From: Eledone cirrhosa
Lineage: Eukaryota
DNA length: 64,000 nucleotides
Direction: 5' to 3'
Assembly (NCBI GenBank): GCA_964016885.1
Contig: OZ024740.1
Coordinates: 32,984,001-33,048,000, forward strand
The notes beneath the pieces were generated by a model. The model ran no database searches. It worked only from the letters and a program-made list of their open reading frames with translations, and had not been told where the DNA came from. Each line of letters opens with the position of its first letter. Position 1 is the first letter of the stretch. This document shows positions 12,702 through 26,200 of the stretch, piece by piece. The position numbers and the translations under genes were made by a program.

Positions 12702-12790
12702 AGATAGATAGATAGATAATTACAAATGTGTATATAAGCATTTGTATATGTGTGCATTTAGATATGCATATGTGTACAGAGACACACAAA
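11650..12790. repeat. GT-rich degenerate minisatellite (11650-12010) and (TA)n/(GATA)n microsatellites (12380-12790)
   Basis: Direct inspection; source of the HT/YI low-complexity ORFs. Confidence 0.9.
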
Positions 12791-14692
12791 TATCAATGTT
12801 TCTTTTAAAAAAAAGTAATTTTTAATTCATGACAAAATTGAACACAGGAGACAATGTTATTTTTCAGCCTTTTGATATTATCAAATTATTATTTAAGTAA
12901 TCAAAAGGAGTAAAATGGTATTTTCTCAAGAGAAATAGAGAAGAGGAAAGTTTATAATTACACATGCTATTGGAGAAAAAAAAATCATCATGCAAAACTG
13001 AAATTGTTAATGAACAATATTAAATAAAATTTCCAAATTAGACAACACACATTAAATTTCCACTTTAAACCACATCACAAAAAATTCAACTGCATTACAG
13101 TTACAGTCTAACATTTGTTAGATAAAAGCAATTTTAAAATGAAGTTTTCATATATAACATAAAAAAAGGAGGAAATTATGAAAGTTGCTCAGAGTCATTA
13201 CCAGACAATTTGATAAAACTTTTATGATCAAGACCTTTCTCCACATTAAAAACACTTTAGTGAAAAAGCATAGCTGGAATAAAATACAATATCAGAGCCT
13301 AGCTGGAATATAATACACTGTCAGGGCCTAGCTAGAATGCAATACACTATCAGGGTTTTTACTTCTAGATAATACACTATCAGGACCTTGCGAGAATATA
13401 AAATACTATCAGGGCCTTGCTAGAATATAAAATACTATCAGGGCCTTTCACATCTAAAAGGAATGGAAACAAACAACAACAAATCTAAAAGATAAAAACT
13501 AACGTCTGTAGGTAACTGTTAGATCATAAAGAAACTAACAGCTTTGTAGTTAAAAATATTAATTAATATTAACTTAGTAGACTATGCTGTAATAGGACAC
13601 AGTAAATAATTTTTTTTAAAAAGGGACAAAGCATATGCATATCTATAAGTATATTAATATTACAATAGCCAAAACATCACAATAACTCCATGTATAGCAT
13701 GATCTTTACATGCCCTCAGTGAAGAATTTGAGATATTAACTGAATGCGAAAAACTTAAACCCATATATGATGAAGAAAAGAAATATGTATTGAGAGAACC
13801 AGTTCTATAATTTGGTTCAAGGGAATATTTTTTAATCATTAGCTTTAATAATAAGTAATAAAATGTTTACTCTCTGCTTAGCTAATCCGAAAATACAGAG
13901 ATTCTTGATGTTAATTTCTTCCAAAATTAATACAGCAGAGGGCAAATGTGCATCAGTAAAGCATGTTAAGAAAATCTTGGAAAATGACACTAACAATGAC
14001 AACAGTTGTTAAAAGCCAATTATATCATAACAGAAAAAATAGCAAAGACATGATTTTCAAAAACATTATGCTAAAACTTTCCATTTTTATAGGTGGGTAG
14101 GTATTTTGTATTTGAATAAGTTGCAAAAAAGCAAATAACTAACATTTTAATGACATTATTTTTTGGTCTGTTGAATTTGTAAATTTTCTTCAAAAGCTTA
14201 AGCAATATTTTATGTTTGCTGCTTTAGAGAATTCTCTCTAACTCAACACAATGAATAAACATTAGGGCTTTCATGTTTCTTCATAGTCTATTCAATCATT
14301 TGAAATCATGAATAAGGCTGCTAGAAAAAGACAATTTTAAAGGTGCTTTAAATATGACAGATATACATGACAAGACACAATACGTAATATCCAGATTGCA
14401 AGAATACTCTTATAGCAGCAAATTACGACAATAAAGTTCCAAAATAAAATAGAAAGACACCAAATTTTAAATTGGAACCTGTCAGACTAGTTGCCCATGA
14501 TGTAAGTTGATAAAAAGTTTGTGTAAAAACTGAACATGCCCATGCATAGTATACAACCATCCATATCCAACAGTCCACTCATTCATCTATAACATGTAAC
14601 ATAGAGTAGATAAATTAGGAAACATAAGTTAGATGGAGCCGCTATGATACCAATTTACAGCGTGAGGCTATGTAACTCCCTGGGTTATGTGG

Positions 14693-14829
14693 TTATGTTT
14701 TATTAACAGCCTTCAAATACTGCAGCGCATTATGAGCAGCCTTACCATGCCCTTCTTCCACTGTAGGTCCTGTCCCATGGCACACAGCAACAGGGACGAC
14801 TGTCATTTGGACAAAACACTGGAAGAGAC
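14693..14829 (-). CDS. TARBP2: TRBP/PACT/Loquacious-like, last coding exon (end of dsRBD3: (G)LFQCFVQMTVVPVAVCHGTGPTVEEGHGKAAHNALQYLKAVNKT*)
   Basis: Acceptor ttgttacag, phase 1, stop TAA 14695-14693; VCHGxG...AAxxALQYLK is the TRBP/PACT/Loqs C-terminal domain signature. Confidence 0.93.
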
Positions 14830-15070
14830 CTGTAACAATAAAACAAACATCTCTAAAGCATCTACATTTTAAACAATACATTTATATTTAATATAGTTGG
14901 TTTAATATAGTCAGTCTAAACAAATAATCTCTATTTAATGTAGTGGGTCTAAAAATGTTAGATATCTCAATTAGAAAAATGCATTATTTTAACACTTGAA
15001 AATATTTTCTTTGTTTATAACTGAAAATAACTGATTAAAAACGTATTTGTTGTAAAAAAAAAACCCATAC

Positions 15071-15314
15071 CTTCAGTAGTTCTCTCTGAAAGATCATGAT
15101 AAGTCAACATGAAACGTTGTACTTCAGCAATTTCTTGTAACATCTGGCAATAGTTGATTTTCATATCCATGCAAGAATTGTTCTTCTTCGCACTAGAATT
15201 GACTACTTTGTCATAAAATTGTTGAATTTCTTTGTCTATTTGTTTAGGTTTAGAGTAAGAATGACTAACACGCTCCTTCAGGTGTGAATAAAATGAAAGC
15301 CTTGGTTCTGAACT
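15071..15314 (-). CDS. TARBP2: TRBP/Loqs-like exon, linker and start of dsRBD3 (SSEPRLSFYSHLKE...NYCQMLQEIAEVQRFMLTYHDLSERTTE)
   Basis: Acceptor cttttaacag, donor G|gtatgg, 244 nt open, phases 0/1 fit neighbours. Confidence 0.9.
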
Positions 15315-15842
15315 CTGTTAAAAGATAACATTAAAAAATCTTATAAATTAACAAGATTTAGAGGAAAATCCATTGCAGGTAATCATCATTTAAAATGCGT
15401 TATTGTTTTTAAATGTTGCGACTAGTTTAGTTGATAGGTTATCAGTTGAAGAAGTCATTGTTTTTTTACCACCACAGTAACATATAAGGTTTGGTAGAGG
15501 TATTACCACCACAGTAACATATAAGGTTTGGTAGAGGTATTTGCTACAGTGTTCACTAACTCCACTTATCTCCTTATAATATATAACCAGCAATTTCTGT
15601 CTGTCTGTCCGACAGTGGAAACACGTGCGCGCGTGGTTGCTATCTCTCTCTCTCTCCAGCTATCCCTCTCTTTTAGTCTGTCTGTTTCTCTCACTCTCAC
15701 TCTTTCTCTTTGTAACACACTAACATTCCTCCCCTCTATCGCTGTAACGAATGGGGAGGAGGAGGAGGAGAGAGTCACTGCGTCACTTCACCTCTGCCTT
15801 TCTTTCTCTCCCCTCTCACTCCCTCATTACGTACAGACATTA

Positions 15843-16033
15843 GGGCGGTGGATTGGCAGAATCTGTAGAGTCGGACACCATGCTTCATAGCATGGAGTTA
15901 CGTCCCTTTACGGTCTGAGTTCAAATACCGCCGAGGTTAACTTTGCCTTTCATCCTCACGGGGTCGATAAAATAAAGTACCAGTAATGTACTGGGTAATT
16001 GCTGGCCTTGTGCCAAAAGTAGAAACAATTATT
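15843..16033 (+). mobile_element. Nin/Deu-core-like tRNA SINE
   Basis: Near-identical to 6419-6603. Confidence 0.82.
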
Positions 16034-16233
16034 AGAAACATTGCTTCATTTTTACATATCTAAGCATTAGTAAAATAACTAATAATTTTAAAAGTAATTT
16101 TTCAATTCCAATTGTTATGAACAGCAAAACATTAATAATAATTTTGTTCTAAGAAATATATATACATTTCTGTGTGTGTAATATATATATATATACACAC
16201 ACAGAAATATATATACATTTCTGTGTGTGTAAT

Positions 16234-17235
16234 ATCATCATCATCATCATCATCAACGTTTAACGTCCGTGTTCCACGCTTGCATGGGTTTGGACGGGGG
16301 TATTCCCACTTGAGGCAAGAGTGATTGTCTTGCTCGCATAGGACTGTCTGGCAGGTTTTCTACAGTTGGATGCCCTTCCTAACACCAACCACATTTACAG
16401 TGTGGGTCTGGGAGGTTTTTACCGTGTTGCCTACACGGCCACATTACAGCGTGGACTGTGTTTTTTTGTCGTGACACCTACACGATCTCATTTGTTTCGG
16501 CCTGGATGTTGTGGCACCAACATAACTTTACATTGAAAGGGGTGGTGTGGATGGGGGTGTGGGTGGTGGGACGGGGGTGTATTTTGTTAGAGATACCTAC
16601 TGGCTGTAGTAGGTTTTACTATGTATTTAGGTAAGGCGGGTCTTCTCTATTACTGAGTACCGCCAAAGGTCTCGGTCCAGTGACATTGTCTTGGAGAGGT
16701 GTAAGTGTGTGAGGTCGGAGTTCATCAGCTCGTCCCAGGATTTTCTAGGTCTGCCTATTCCGTGGCTACCGTCTATCTTTATTGCCCTGCACTTTGTTAT
16801 ACAGCTATCGACTTTCATGCGCATCACGTGTCCATACCAACGTAGCCTTCTCTCGAGTAAACAACATCTGATCCCTCTTATTTCTAATTTTTTCCTTAGT
16901 TCGTTTATGCTTTGCCGTTCACGTATATTACTATTACACATCCAGCGGAGCATGCAAGCTTCGTTCCTCTCTAGTCTGCGTATATCCTCTGCGCACAATG
17001 CCCAGGTCTCACTGCCATGCAACATTGCTGTTCGTATGCAGGCATCATACAACCTGCCTTTCATTTTTAGGGAGAACCCTTTAGCGGCTAATAGTGGTAT
17101 AAGCTCTCTGAACTTTTTCCATCCAGTTCTGACTCTAGCTACTGTACTTTCGGAGCACCCTCCCCCACTGCTGATTTTGTCACCCAGGTAACGGAAGCTG
17201 TTCACTATTTCTATAGAGCCCTCTGCGCAATTGAA
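16234..17235 (-). mobile_element. 5'-truncated RTE LINE copy (~1 kb) inserted in a TA/CA minisatellite
   Basis: Open frame SFRYLGDKISSGGG...RLRWYGHVMRM to stop at 16627, 3' UTR and (ATG)n tail. Confidence 0.92.
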
Positions 17236-17343
17236 AGAGTTATATATATATATATATATACACACACAGAAATATATATACATTTCTGTGTGTGTAATAT
17301 ATATATATATACACACAGAAATGTATATACATTTCTGTGTGTG

Positions 17344-17384
<41 letters not shown>

Positions 17385-17412
17385 GAAATATATATACATT
17401 TCTGTGTGTGTA

Positions 17413-17451
<39 letters not shown>

Positions 17452-18430
17452 GAAATATATGGGCATTTCTCTGTTTGTCTGTCTGTCCTTCCCTAAAACT
17501 CAAATGTAGGTGCTACAGAAATATTACCTTCCCCTTCCTTTCTCCACTTTGGTACTACCAAGAGAAACACTGTCCCCACTGTCGCTATAGAAACATTACC
17601 TTCCCCTCTCCACTGACTTTGGTCACTGAGGCCGAGGGAATCGCTGGTTGCTATAGAGACACCTTGCACAAGCCAGAAGTAACCAGTTCGAGGCGGTTCT
17701 GACTTGACACCATGCCAAGGACCATTTGAAGATATATTTCCATCATTATATCATAACGTTTATATTTCCGTCACTAATCTCTTTTTCTCCTTTTTCGTTT
17801 TAACATATATTTATTTCAAAGATTTCACCGTATAGATAACATATATATTTATACATGCATAAAAGACACACCGAGAGACGGTGAACATGTGGTGCCGAAA
17901 ACATTTCTCATCCAAATCTCAACAATATCAGTATATACACTAGATTTGCTAGGAGAAAACTGCCCACCCTGTGGTTTTCTGCTAGTCTATATATCTAAAA
18001 CAGAGAATGTCTGTCTGTCTGTCTGACTCCCTAAAATTCGAGAACCACCCAAACTTTACACATGTAATACTTATGGTCCTGTGAGTGTTTTGAGAAAAAA
18101 TTTCAAATTTTCAATGCCCTAGGGACCGCATTAGGCGATTTAGCGATTTCTCTCTCTATAATTCTTAGTCTGTCTCTTTTTTAAATAGATACATAGCTAC
18201 AACGTCGCGCCCTTATAATATCTGTCTGTATGTCTGGCTGCCTGCATTACAACATTATGACCATGTGTGTGTATATATATATATATATATAGTGTGTGTA
18301 TATATATATATATAGTGTGTAACGTTTTTCGAAATATTTACTTCTGCGTTCACAGATAGATTTTTTTTAGTTTCAGAAGATCCCGTTAAGGGTGAAAGCA
18401 GCGATGCTTTGCTTAAACTTTAATCTGTTA

Positions 18431-18466
<36 letters not shown>

Positions 18467-19523
18467 TATATTCGTGTACAGATATTTTTGCACACACAAT
18501 AACAAAATATAAACAAACATATTTATTTCACGAGGCTCGATAAGGATAAATATATATCAAATATATAAAAACCCTAGAACAAATCCGGAGCAACGCCGGG
18601 CCATTCTGCTAGTCTATATATATAAAACTGAGGATGTTTGTCTGTGTTTGTGTGAGTTTGAATCCCTAAAACTAGAGAAGCACCGAACGGACTGTTTTCA
18701 AACTTTACACATATAATACAGGGAGTGTTCTGAACAAATTTTTTTTCAAATTTTCAATGCCCTAGGGACCGCATTAGGCGATTTAGTGATCTCTCTCTAT
18801 AATTCTTAGTCTTTCTCTTTTTAGATAGATACATACATATAACGTCGCACCCTTATAATATCTGCCTGTATGTCTGGCTGTCTGCATTACGTCACTTCCC
18901 TGAGGATGTGTGTGTGTGTGTGTCTGTGAGTTTGAATCCCTAAAACTTGAGAAGTACCCAACCGATTTTTTTCAAACTTTACATGTGTATTAGTTATATT
19001 TCAGGGAGTGTTATGCACATAAAAAATTCAACTTTTTGATCTAGCGCCCGCATTAAGTGAAAAATTGCGTTTTTTAAGCTTTTTAGGGTTTTTTTGAGGC
19101 GTTATGTCAGACCGATTTCCTTGAAATTGTAACTATGTATTAGTCAGTCTCTTCTTCATACCGTGAGCAAAGAAAATCCAACTTTTTTTGGGGCCTGGGA
19201 CCCGCATTAGGTGAAAAACTTCCTTTTTTAAGCTTTTTAGGGCTTTTTGGAGGCGTTACGTCTAGCCAATTTTCCCAAAATTTCAAGGCATATTATACAC
19301 ATAAAAAAAATTTATTTTCTTGATCCCCTAGTGCCCATATTAGGTGAAAACCTGCATTTTTCCTGCTTCATCGAGGAAAATCTTAAAGATTGTCCAGCCA
19401 TCAGAGTATTCGGTTTATTTTCTTTACATATTGTCCAGGCATGCAGTTTTTCCACGATTAGGTCTGTTGGCGGCCTGCGTTCCAAAATACCTTATCTCGT
19501 GCAACACCGGGTACCACTGCTAG
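17452..19523 (+). mobile_element. Three head-to-tail non-autonomous Helitron-like units (~17452-17985, 17986-18612, 18613-19523)
   Basis: Junctions CTAG|TCTATATAT at 17985/6 and 18612/3; subterminal hairpin CCGGAGCAACGCCGG before CTAG; (GTCT)n near 5' ends; last CTAG followed by T. Confidence 0.78.
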
Positions 19524-19786
19524 TATATATATATATGAGGTTTGGCATAGATATTTGTTATGGATCACTAACTCCACTATTGTGATATATGTATATCCCG
19601 AGTTTAATTGGAGGTAACCACAGTAAGTAAGGTACTCAATACATAGCAGAGTATAAATTTTTGATATAGAAATGGATTCTACTAGAACTGTTTCATTCGA
19701 AGGAAATCACCAGGAAAGCTTTCTTGATGATTTCCTTCAAATGAAACAGTTCTAGCCCCGTAGAAGACATTTATATATATATATAT

Positions 19787-20013
19787 TTACTGCTGGGTAA
19801 AGAAGTGCCAAAAAATCCCAGTAGAAGGAAGACGCAGTAGAGGAAGAGCACAAAAGACATGGGTGGAGGTGGTGAGAGCAGACCTCAGATCACTGAAACC
19901 CACGGAGATGACGAAGGACAGTGACAAGTGGAGAAATGCTGTGCTGAATAGGACCTGTCCCACCCTTGCAAGCAGGGAAAAGCGGACGTATAATGATGAT
20001 GATGATGATGATG
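19787..20013 (+). mobile_element. 3' fragment of a second RTE subfamily with (ATG)n tail
   Basis: WVKKC...KTWVEVVRADLRSL...; similar to 33745-34328 and 40825-41370. Confidence 0.82.
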
Positions 20014-20242
20014 ATATATATATGAGTTTGGTTCTGTCATGCAGATCTACTCTAGATACCCAACTAAAAGGCAAAGGCAAAACCTTCAAGCAGTGCAAGG
20101 TAACATGTAAATGTCTATAGTCCATAGTCTATAACATGTTAATATCCTTAGTCTATAATCTATAAATATCTGCAGTGAAACATTTCTACATCTAATTCTT
20201 TCTCGTCTGTAACTCAGTTTAGAATGACAGAACAGATAAAGT

Positions 20243-23200
20243 GAAGCTGTCATGACTATATTTATATATTTAGGTATAACATGAAGCAGTCATTACTATA
20301 TTTATATGTTTAGGTGCAACATGAAGCAGTCATTGCTATATTTATATGTTTAGGTGCAACATGAAGCTGTCATGACTATATTTATATGTTTAGGTATAAC
20401 ATGAAGCAGTCATGACTATATTTATATGTTTAGGTGCAACATGAAGCTGTGATGACTATATTTATATATTTAGGTATAACATGAAGCAGTCATGACTATA
20501 TATATATGTTTAGGTGTAGCATGAAGCTGTCATGACTATATTTATATATTCAGGTATAACATGAAGCAGTCATGACTATATTTATATGTTTAGGTGTAGC
20601 ATGAAGCTGTCATGACTATATTTATATATTTAGGTATAACATGAAGCAGTCATGACTATATTTATATGTTTAGGTATAACATGAAGCTGTCATGACTATA
20701 TTTATATATTTAGGTATAACATGAAGCAGTCATGACTATATTTATATATTTAGGTACAACATGAAGCTGTCATGACTATATTTATATGTTTAGGTATAAC
20801 ATGAAGCTGTCATGACTATATTTATATATTTAGGTATAACATGAAGCAGTCATGACTATATTTATATGTTTAGGTGCAACATGAAGCTGTCATGACTATA
20901 TTTAGGTATAACATGACGCAGTCATGACTATATTTATGTTTAGGTGCACCATGAAGCTGTCATGACTATATTTATATGTTTAGGTGTAGCATGAAGCTGT
21001 CATGACTATATTTATATATTTAGGTATAACATGAAGCAGTCATGACTATATTTATATGTTTAGGTATAACATGAAGCTGTCATGACTATATTTATATGTT
21101 TAGGTGCAACATGAAGCAGTCATGACTATATTTATATATTTAGGTACAACATGAAGCTGTCATGACTATATTTATATATTTAGGTATAACATGAAGCTGT
21201 CATGACTATATTTATATATTTAGGTACAACATGAAGCTGTCATGACTATATTTATATATTTAGGTATAACATGAAGCTGTCATGACTATATTTATATGTT
21301 TAGGTATAACATGAAGCTGTCATGACTATATTTATATATTTAGGTATAACATGAAGCTGTCATGACTATATATATTTATATGTTTAGGTATAACATGAAG
21401 CTGTCATGACTATATTTATATATTTAGGTATAACATGAAGCTGTCATGACTATATTTATATATTTAGGTATAACATGACGCAGTCATGACTATATTTATG
21501 TTTAGGTGCACCATGAAGCTGTCATGACTATATTTATATGTTTAGGTATAACATGAAGCCGTCATGACTATATTTATATATTTAGGTATAACATGAAGCA
21601 GTCATGACTATATTTATATGTTTAGGTATAACATGAAGCTGTCATGACTATATTTATATATTTAGGTATAACATGAAGCAGTCATGACTATATTTATATG
21701 TTTAGGTGCACCATGAAGCTGTCATGACTATATTTATAGGTTTAGGTATAACATGAAGCTGTCATGACTATATTTATATATTTAGGTATAACATGAAGCA
21801 GTCATGACTATATTTATATGTTTAGGTGCACCATGAAGCTGTCATGACTATATCTATATGTTTAGGTATAACATGAAGCTGTCATGACTATATTTATGTA
21901 TTTAGGTATAACATGAAGCAGTCATGACTATAGTTATATGTTTAGGTGTAGCATGAAGCTGTCATGACTATATTTATATGTTTAGGTGTAGCATGAAGCT
22001 GTCATGACTATATTTATATGTTTAGGTATAACATGAAGCTGTCATGACTATATTTATATGTTTAGGTATAACATGAAGCTGTCATGACTATATTTATATG
22101 TTTAGGTATAACATGAAGCTGTCATGACTATATTTAGATATTTAGGTGCACCATGAAGCTGTCATGACTATATTTATATGTTTAGGTATAACATGAAGCA
22201 GTCATGACTATATTTATATGTTTAGGTATAACATGAAGCAATCATGACTATATTTATATGTTTAGGTGTAGCATGAAGCTGTCATGACTATATTTATATG
22301 TTTAGGTATAACATGAAGCTGTCATGACTATATTTATATGTTTAGGTGCAACATGAAGCTGTCATGACTATATTTATATATTTAGGTATAACATGAAGCA
22401 GTCATGACTATATTTATATATTTAGGTATAACATGAAGCAGTCATGACTATATTTATATATTTAGGTATAACATGAAGCAGTCATGACTATATTTATATA
22501 TTTAGGTATAACATGAAGCAGTCATGACTATATTTATATGTTTAGGTGCAACATGAAGCTGTCATGACTATATTTATATGTTTAGGTATAACATGAAGCT
22601 GTCATGACTATATTTATATATTTAGGTATAACATGAAGCTGTCATGACTATATTTATATATTTAGGTATAACATGAAGCTGTCATGACTATATTTATATA
22701 TTTAGGTATAACATGACGCAGTCATGACTATATTTATGTTTAGGTGCACCATGAAGCTGTCATGACTATATTTATATGTTTAGGTATAACATGAAGCTGT
22801 CATGACTATATTTATATATTTAGGTATAACATGAAGCAGTCATGACTATATTTATATGTTTAGGTATAACATGAAGCTGTCATGACTATATTTATATATT
22901 TAGGTATAACATGAAGCAGTCATGACTATATTTATATGTTTAGGTGCACCATGAAGCTGTCATGACTATATTTATAGATTTAGGTATAACATGAAGCTGT
23001 CATGACTATATTTATATATTTAGGTATAACATGAAGCAGTCATGACTATATTTATATGTTTAGGTATAACATGAAGCTGTCATGACTATATTTAGATATT
23101 TAGGTGCACCATGAAGCTGTCATGACTATATTTATATGTTTAGGTATAACATGAAGCAGTCATGACTATATTTATATGTTTAGGTATAACATGAAGCAAT

Positions 23201-26200
23201 CATGACTATATTTATATGTTTAGGTGTAGCATGAAGCTGTCATGACTATATTTATATGTTTAGGTATAACATGAAGCTGTCATGACTATATTTATATGTT
23301 TAGATGCAACATGAAGCTGTCATGACTATATTTATATATTTAGGTATAACATGAAGCAGTCATGACTATATTTATATATTTAGGTATAACATGAAGCAGT
23401 CATGACTATATTTATATATTTAGGTATAACATGAAGCAGTCATGACTATATTTATATATTTAGGTATAACATGAAGCAGTCATGACTATATTTATATGTT
23501 TAGGTGCAACATGAAGCTGTCATGACTATATTTATATATTTAGGTATAACATGAAGCAGTCATGACTATATTTATATATTTAGGTACAACATGAAGCTGT
23601 CATGACTATATTTATATATTTAGGTATAACATGAAGCTGTCATGACTATATTTATATGTTTAGGTATAACATGAAGCTGTCATGACTATATTTATATATT
23701 TAGGTATAACATGAAGCTGTCATGACTATATTTATATATTTAGGTATAACATGAAGCTGTCATGACTATATATATTTATATGTTTAGGTATAACATGAAG
23801 CTGTCATGACTATATTTATATATTTAGGTATAACATGAAGCTGTCATGACTATATTTATATATTTAGGTATAACATGACGCAGTCATGACTATATTTATG
23901 TTTAGGTGCACCATGAAGCTGTCATGACTATATTTATATGTTTAGGTATAACATGAAGCTGTCATGACTATATTTATATATTTAGGTATAACATGAAGCA
24001 GTCATGACTATATTTATATGTTTAGGTATAACATGAAGCTGTCATGACTATATTTATATATTTAGGTATAACATGAAGCAGTCATGACTATATTTATATG
24101 TTTAGGTGTAGCATGAAGCTGTCATGACTATATTTATATGTTTAGGTATAACATGAAGCTGTCATGACTATATTTATATGTTTAGGTATAACATGAAGCT
24201 GTCATGACTATATTTATATGTTTAGGTATAACATGAAGCTGTCATGACTATATTTAGATATTTAGGTGCACCATGAAGCTGTCATGACTATATTTATATG
24301 TTTAGGTATAACATGAAGCAGTCATGACTATATTTATATGTTTAGGTATAACATGAAGCAATCATGACTATATTTATATGTTTAGGTGTAGCATGAAGCT
24401 GTCATGACTATATTTATATGTTTAGGTATAACATGAAGCTGTCATGACTATATTTATATATTTAGGTATAACATGAAGCAGTCATGACTATATTTATATA
24501 TTTAGGTATAACATGAAGCAGTCATGACTATATTTATATATTTAGGTATAACATGAAGCAGCCATGACTATATTTATATGTTTAGGTGCAACATGAAGCT
24601 GTCATGACTATATTTATATATTTAGGTATAACATGAAGCAGTCATGACTATATTTATATGTTTAGGTGTAGCATGAAGCTGTCATGACTATATTTATATA
24701 TTTAGGTATAACATGAAGCAGTCATGACTATATTTATATGTTTAGGTGCAACATGAAGCTGTCATGACTATATTTATATGTTTAGGTGCAACATGAAGCA
24801 GTCATTGCTATATTTATATGTTTAGGTGCAACATGAAGCTGTCATGACTATATCTATATGTTTAGGTATAACATGAAGCTGTCATGACTATATTTATATG
24901 TTTAGGTGCACCATGAAGCTGTCATGACTATATCTATATGTTTAGGTATAACATGAAGCTGTCATGACTATATTTATGTATTTAGGTATAACATGAAGCA
25001 GTCATGACTATATTTATATGTTTAGGTGTAGCATGAAGCTGTCATGACTATATTTATATGTTTAGGTATAACATGAAGCTGTCATGACTATATTTATATG
25101 TTTAGGTATAACATGAAGCTGTCATGACTATATTTATATGTTTAGGTATAACATGAAGCTGTCATGACTATATTTAGATATTTAGGTGCACCATGAAGCT
25201 GTCATGACTATATTTATATGTTTAGGTATAACATGAAGCAGTCATGACTATATTTATATGTTTAGGTATAACATGAAGCAATCATGACTATATTTATATG
25301 TTTAGGTGTAGCATGAAGCTGTCATGACTATATTTATATGTTTAGGTATAACATGAAGCTGTCATGACTATATTTATATGTTTAGGTGCAACATGAAGCT
25401 GTCATGACTATATTTATATATTTAGGTATAACATGAAGCAGTCATGACTATATTTATATATTTAGGTATAACATGAAGCAATCATGACTATATTTATATA
25501 TTTAGGTATAACATGAAGCAGTCATGACTATATTTATATATTTAGGTATAACATGAAGCAGTCATGACTATATTTATATGTTTAGGTGCAACATGAAGCT
25601 GTCATGACTATATTTATATATTTAGGTATAACATGAAGCAGTCATGACTATATTTATATATTTAGGTACAACATGAAGCTGTCATGACTATATTTATATA
25701 TTTAGGTATAACATGAAGCTGTCATGACTATATTTATATGTTTAGGTATAACATGAAGCTGTCATGACTATATTTATATATTTAGGTATAACATGAAGCT
25801 GTCATGACTATATTTATATATTTAGGTATAACATGAAGCTGTCATGACTATATATATTTATATGTTTAGGTATAACATGAAGCAGTCATGACTATATTTA
25901 TATATTTAGGTATAACATGAAGCTGTCATGACTATATTTATATATATAGGTATAACATGACGCAGTCATGACTATATTTATGTTTAGGTGCACCATGAAG
26001 CTGTCATGACTATATTTATATGTTTAGGTATAACATGAAGCTGTCATGACTATATTTATATATTTAGGTATAACATGAAGCAGTCATGACTATATTTATA
26101 TGTTTAGGTATAACATGAAGCTGTCATGACTATATTTATATATTTAGGTATAACATGAAGCAGTTATGACTATATTTATATGTTTAGGTGCACCATGAAG

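Noticed and set aside
11400-12789. HT/YI/VC-rich ORFs
   Set aside because: Translations of CA/TA microsatellites
14665-14685. gaggctatgtaactccctggg resembling the 35-bp satellite/TIR end (also 33687)
   Set aside because: Match too short to distinguish from chance
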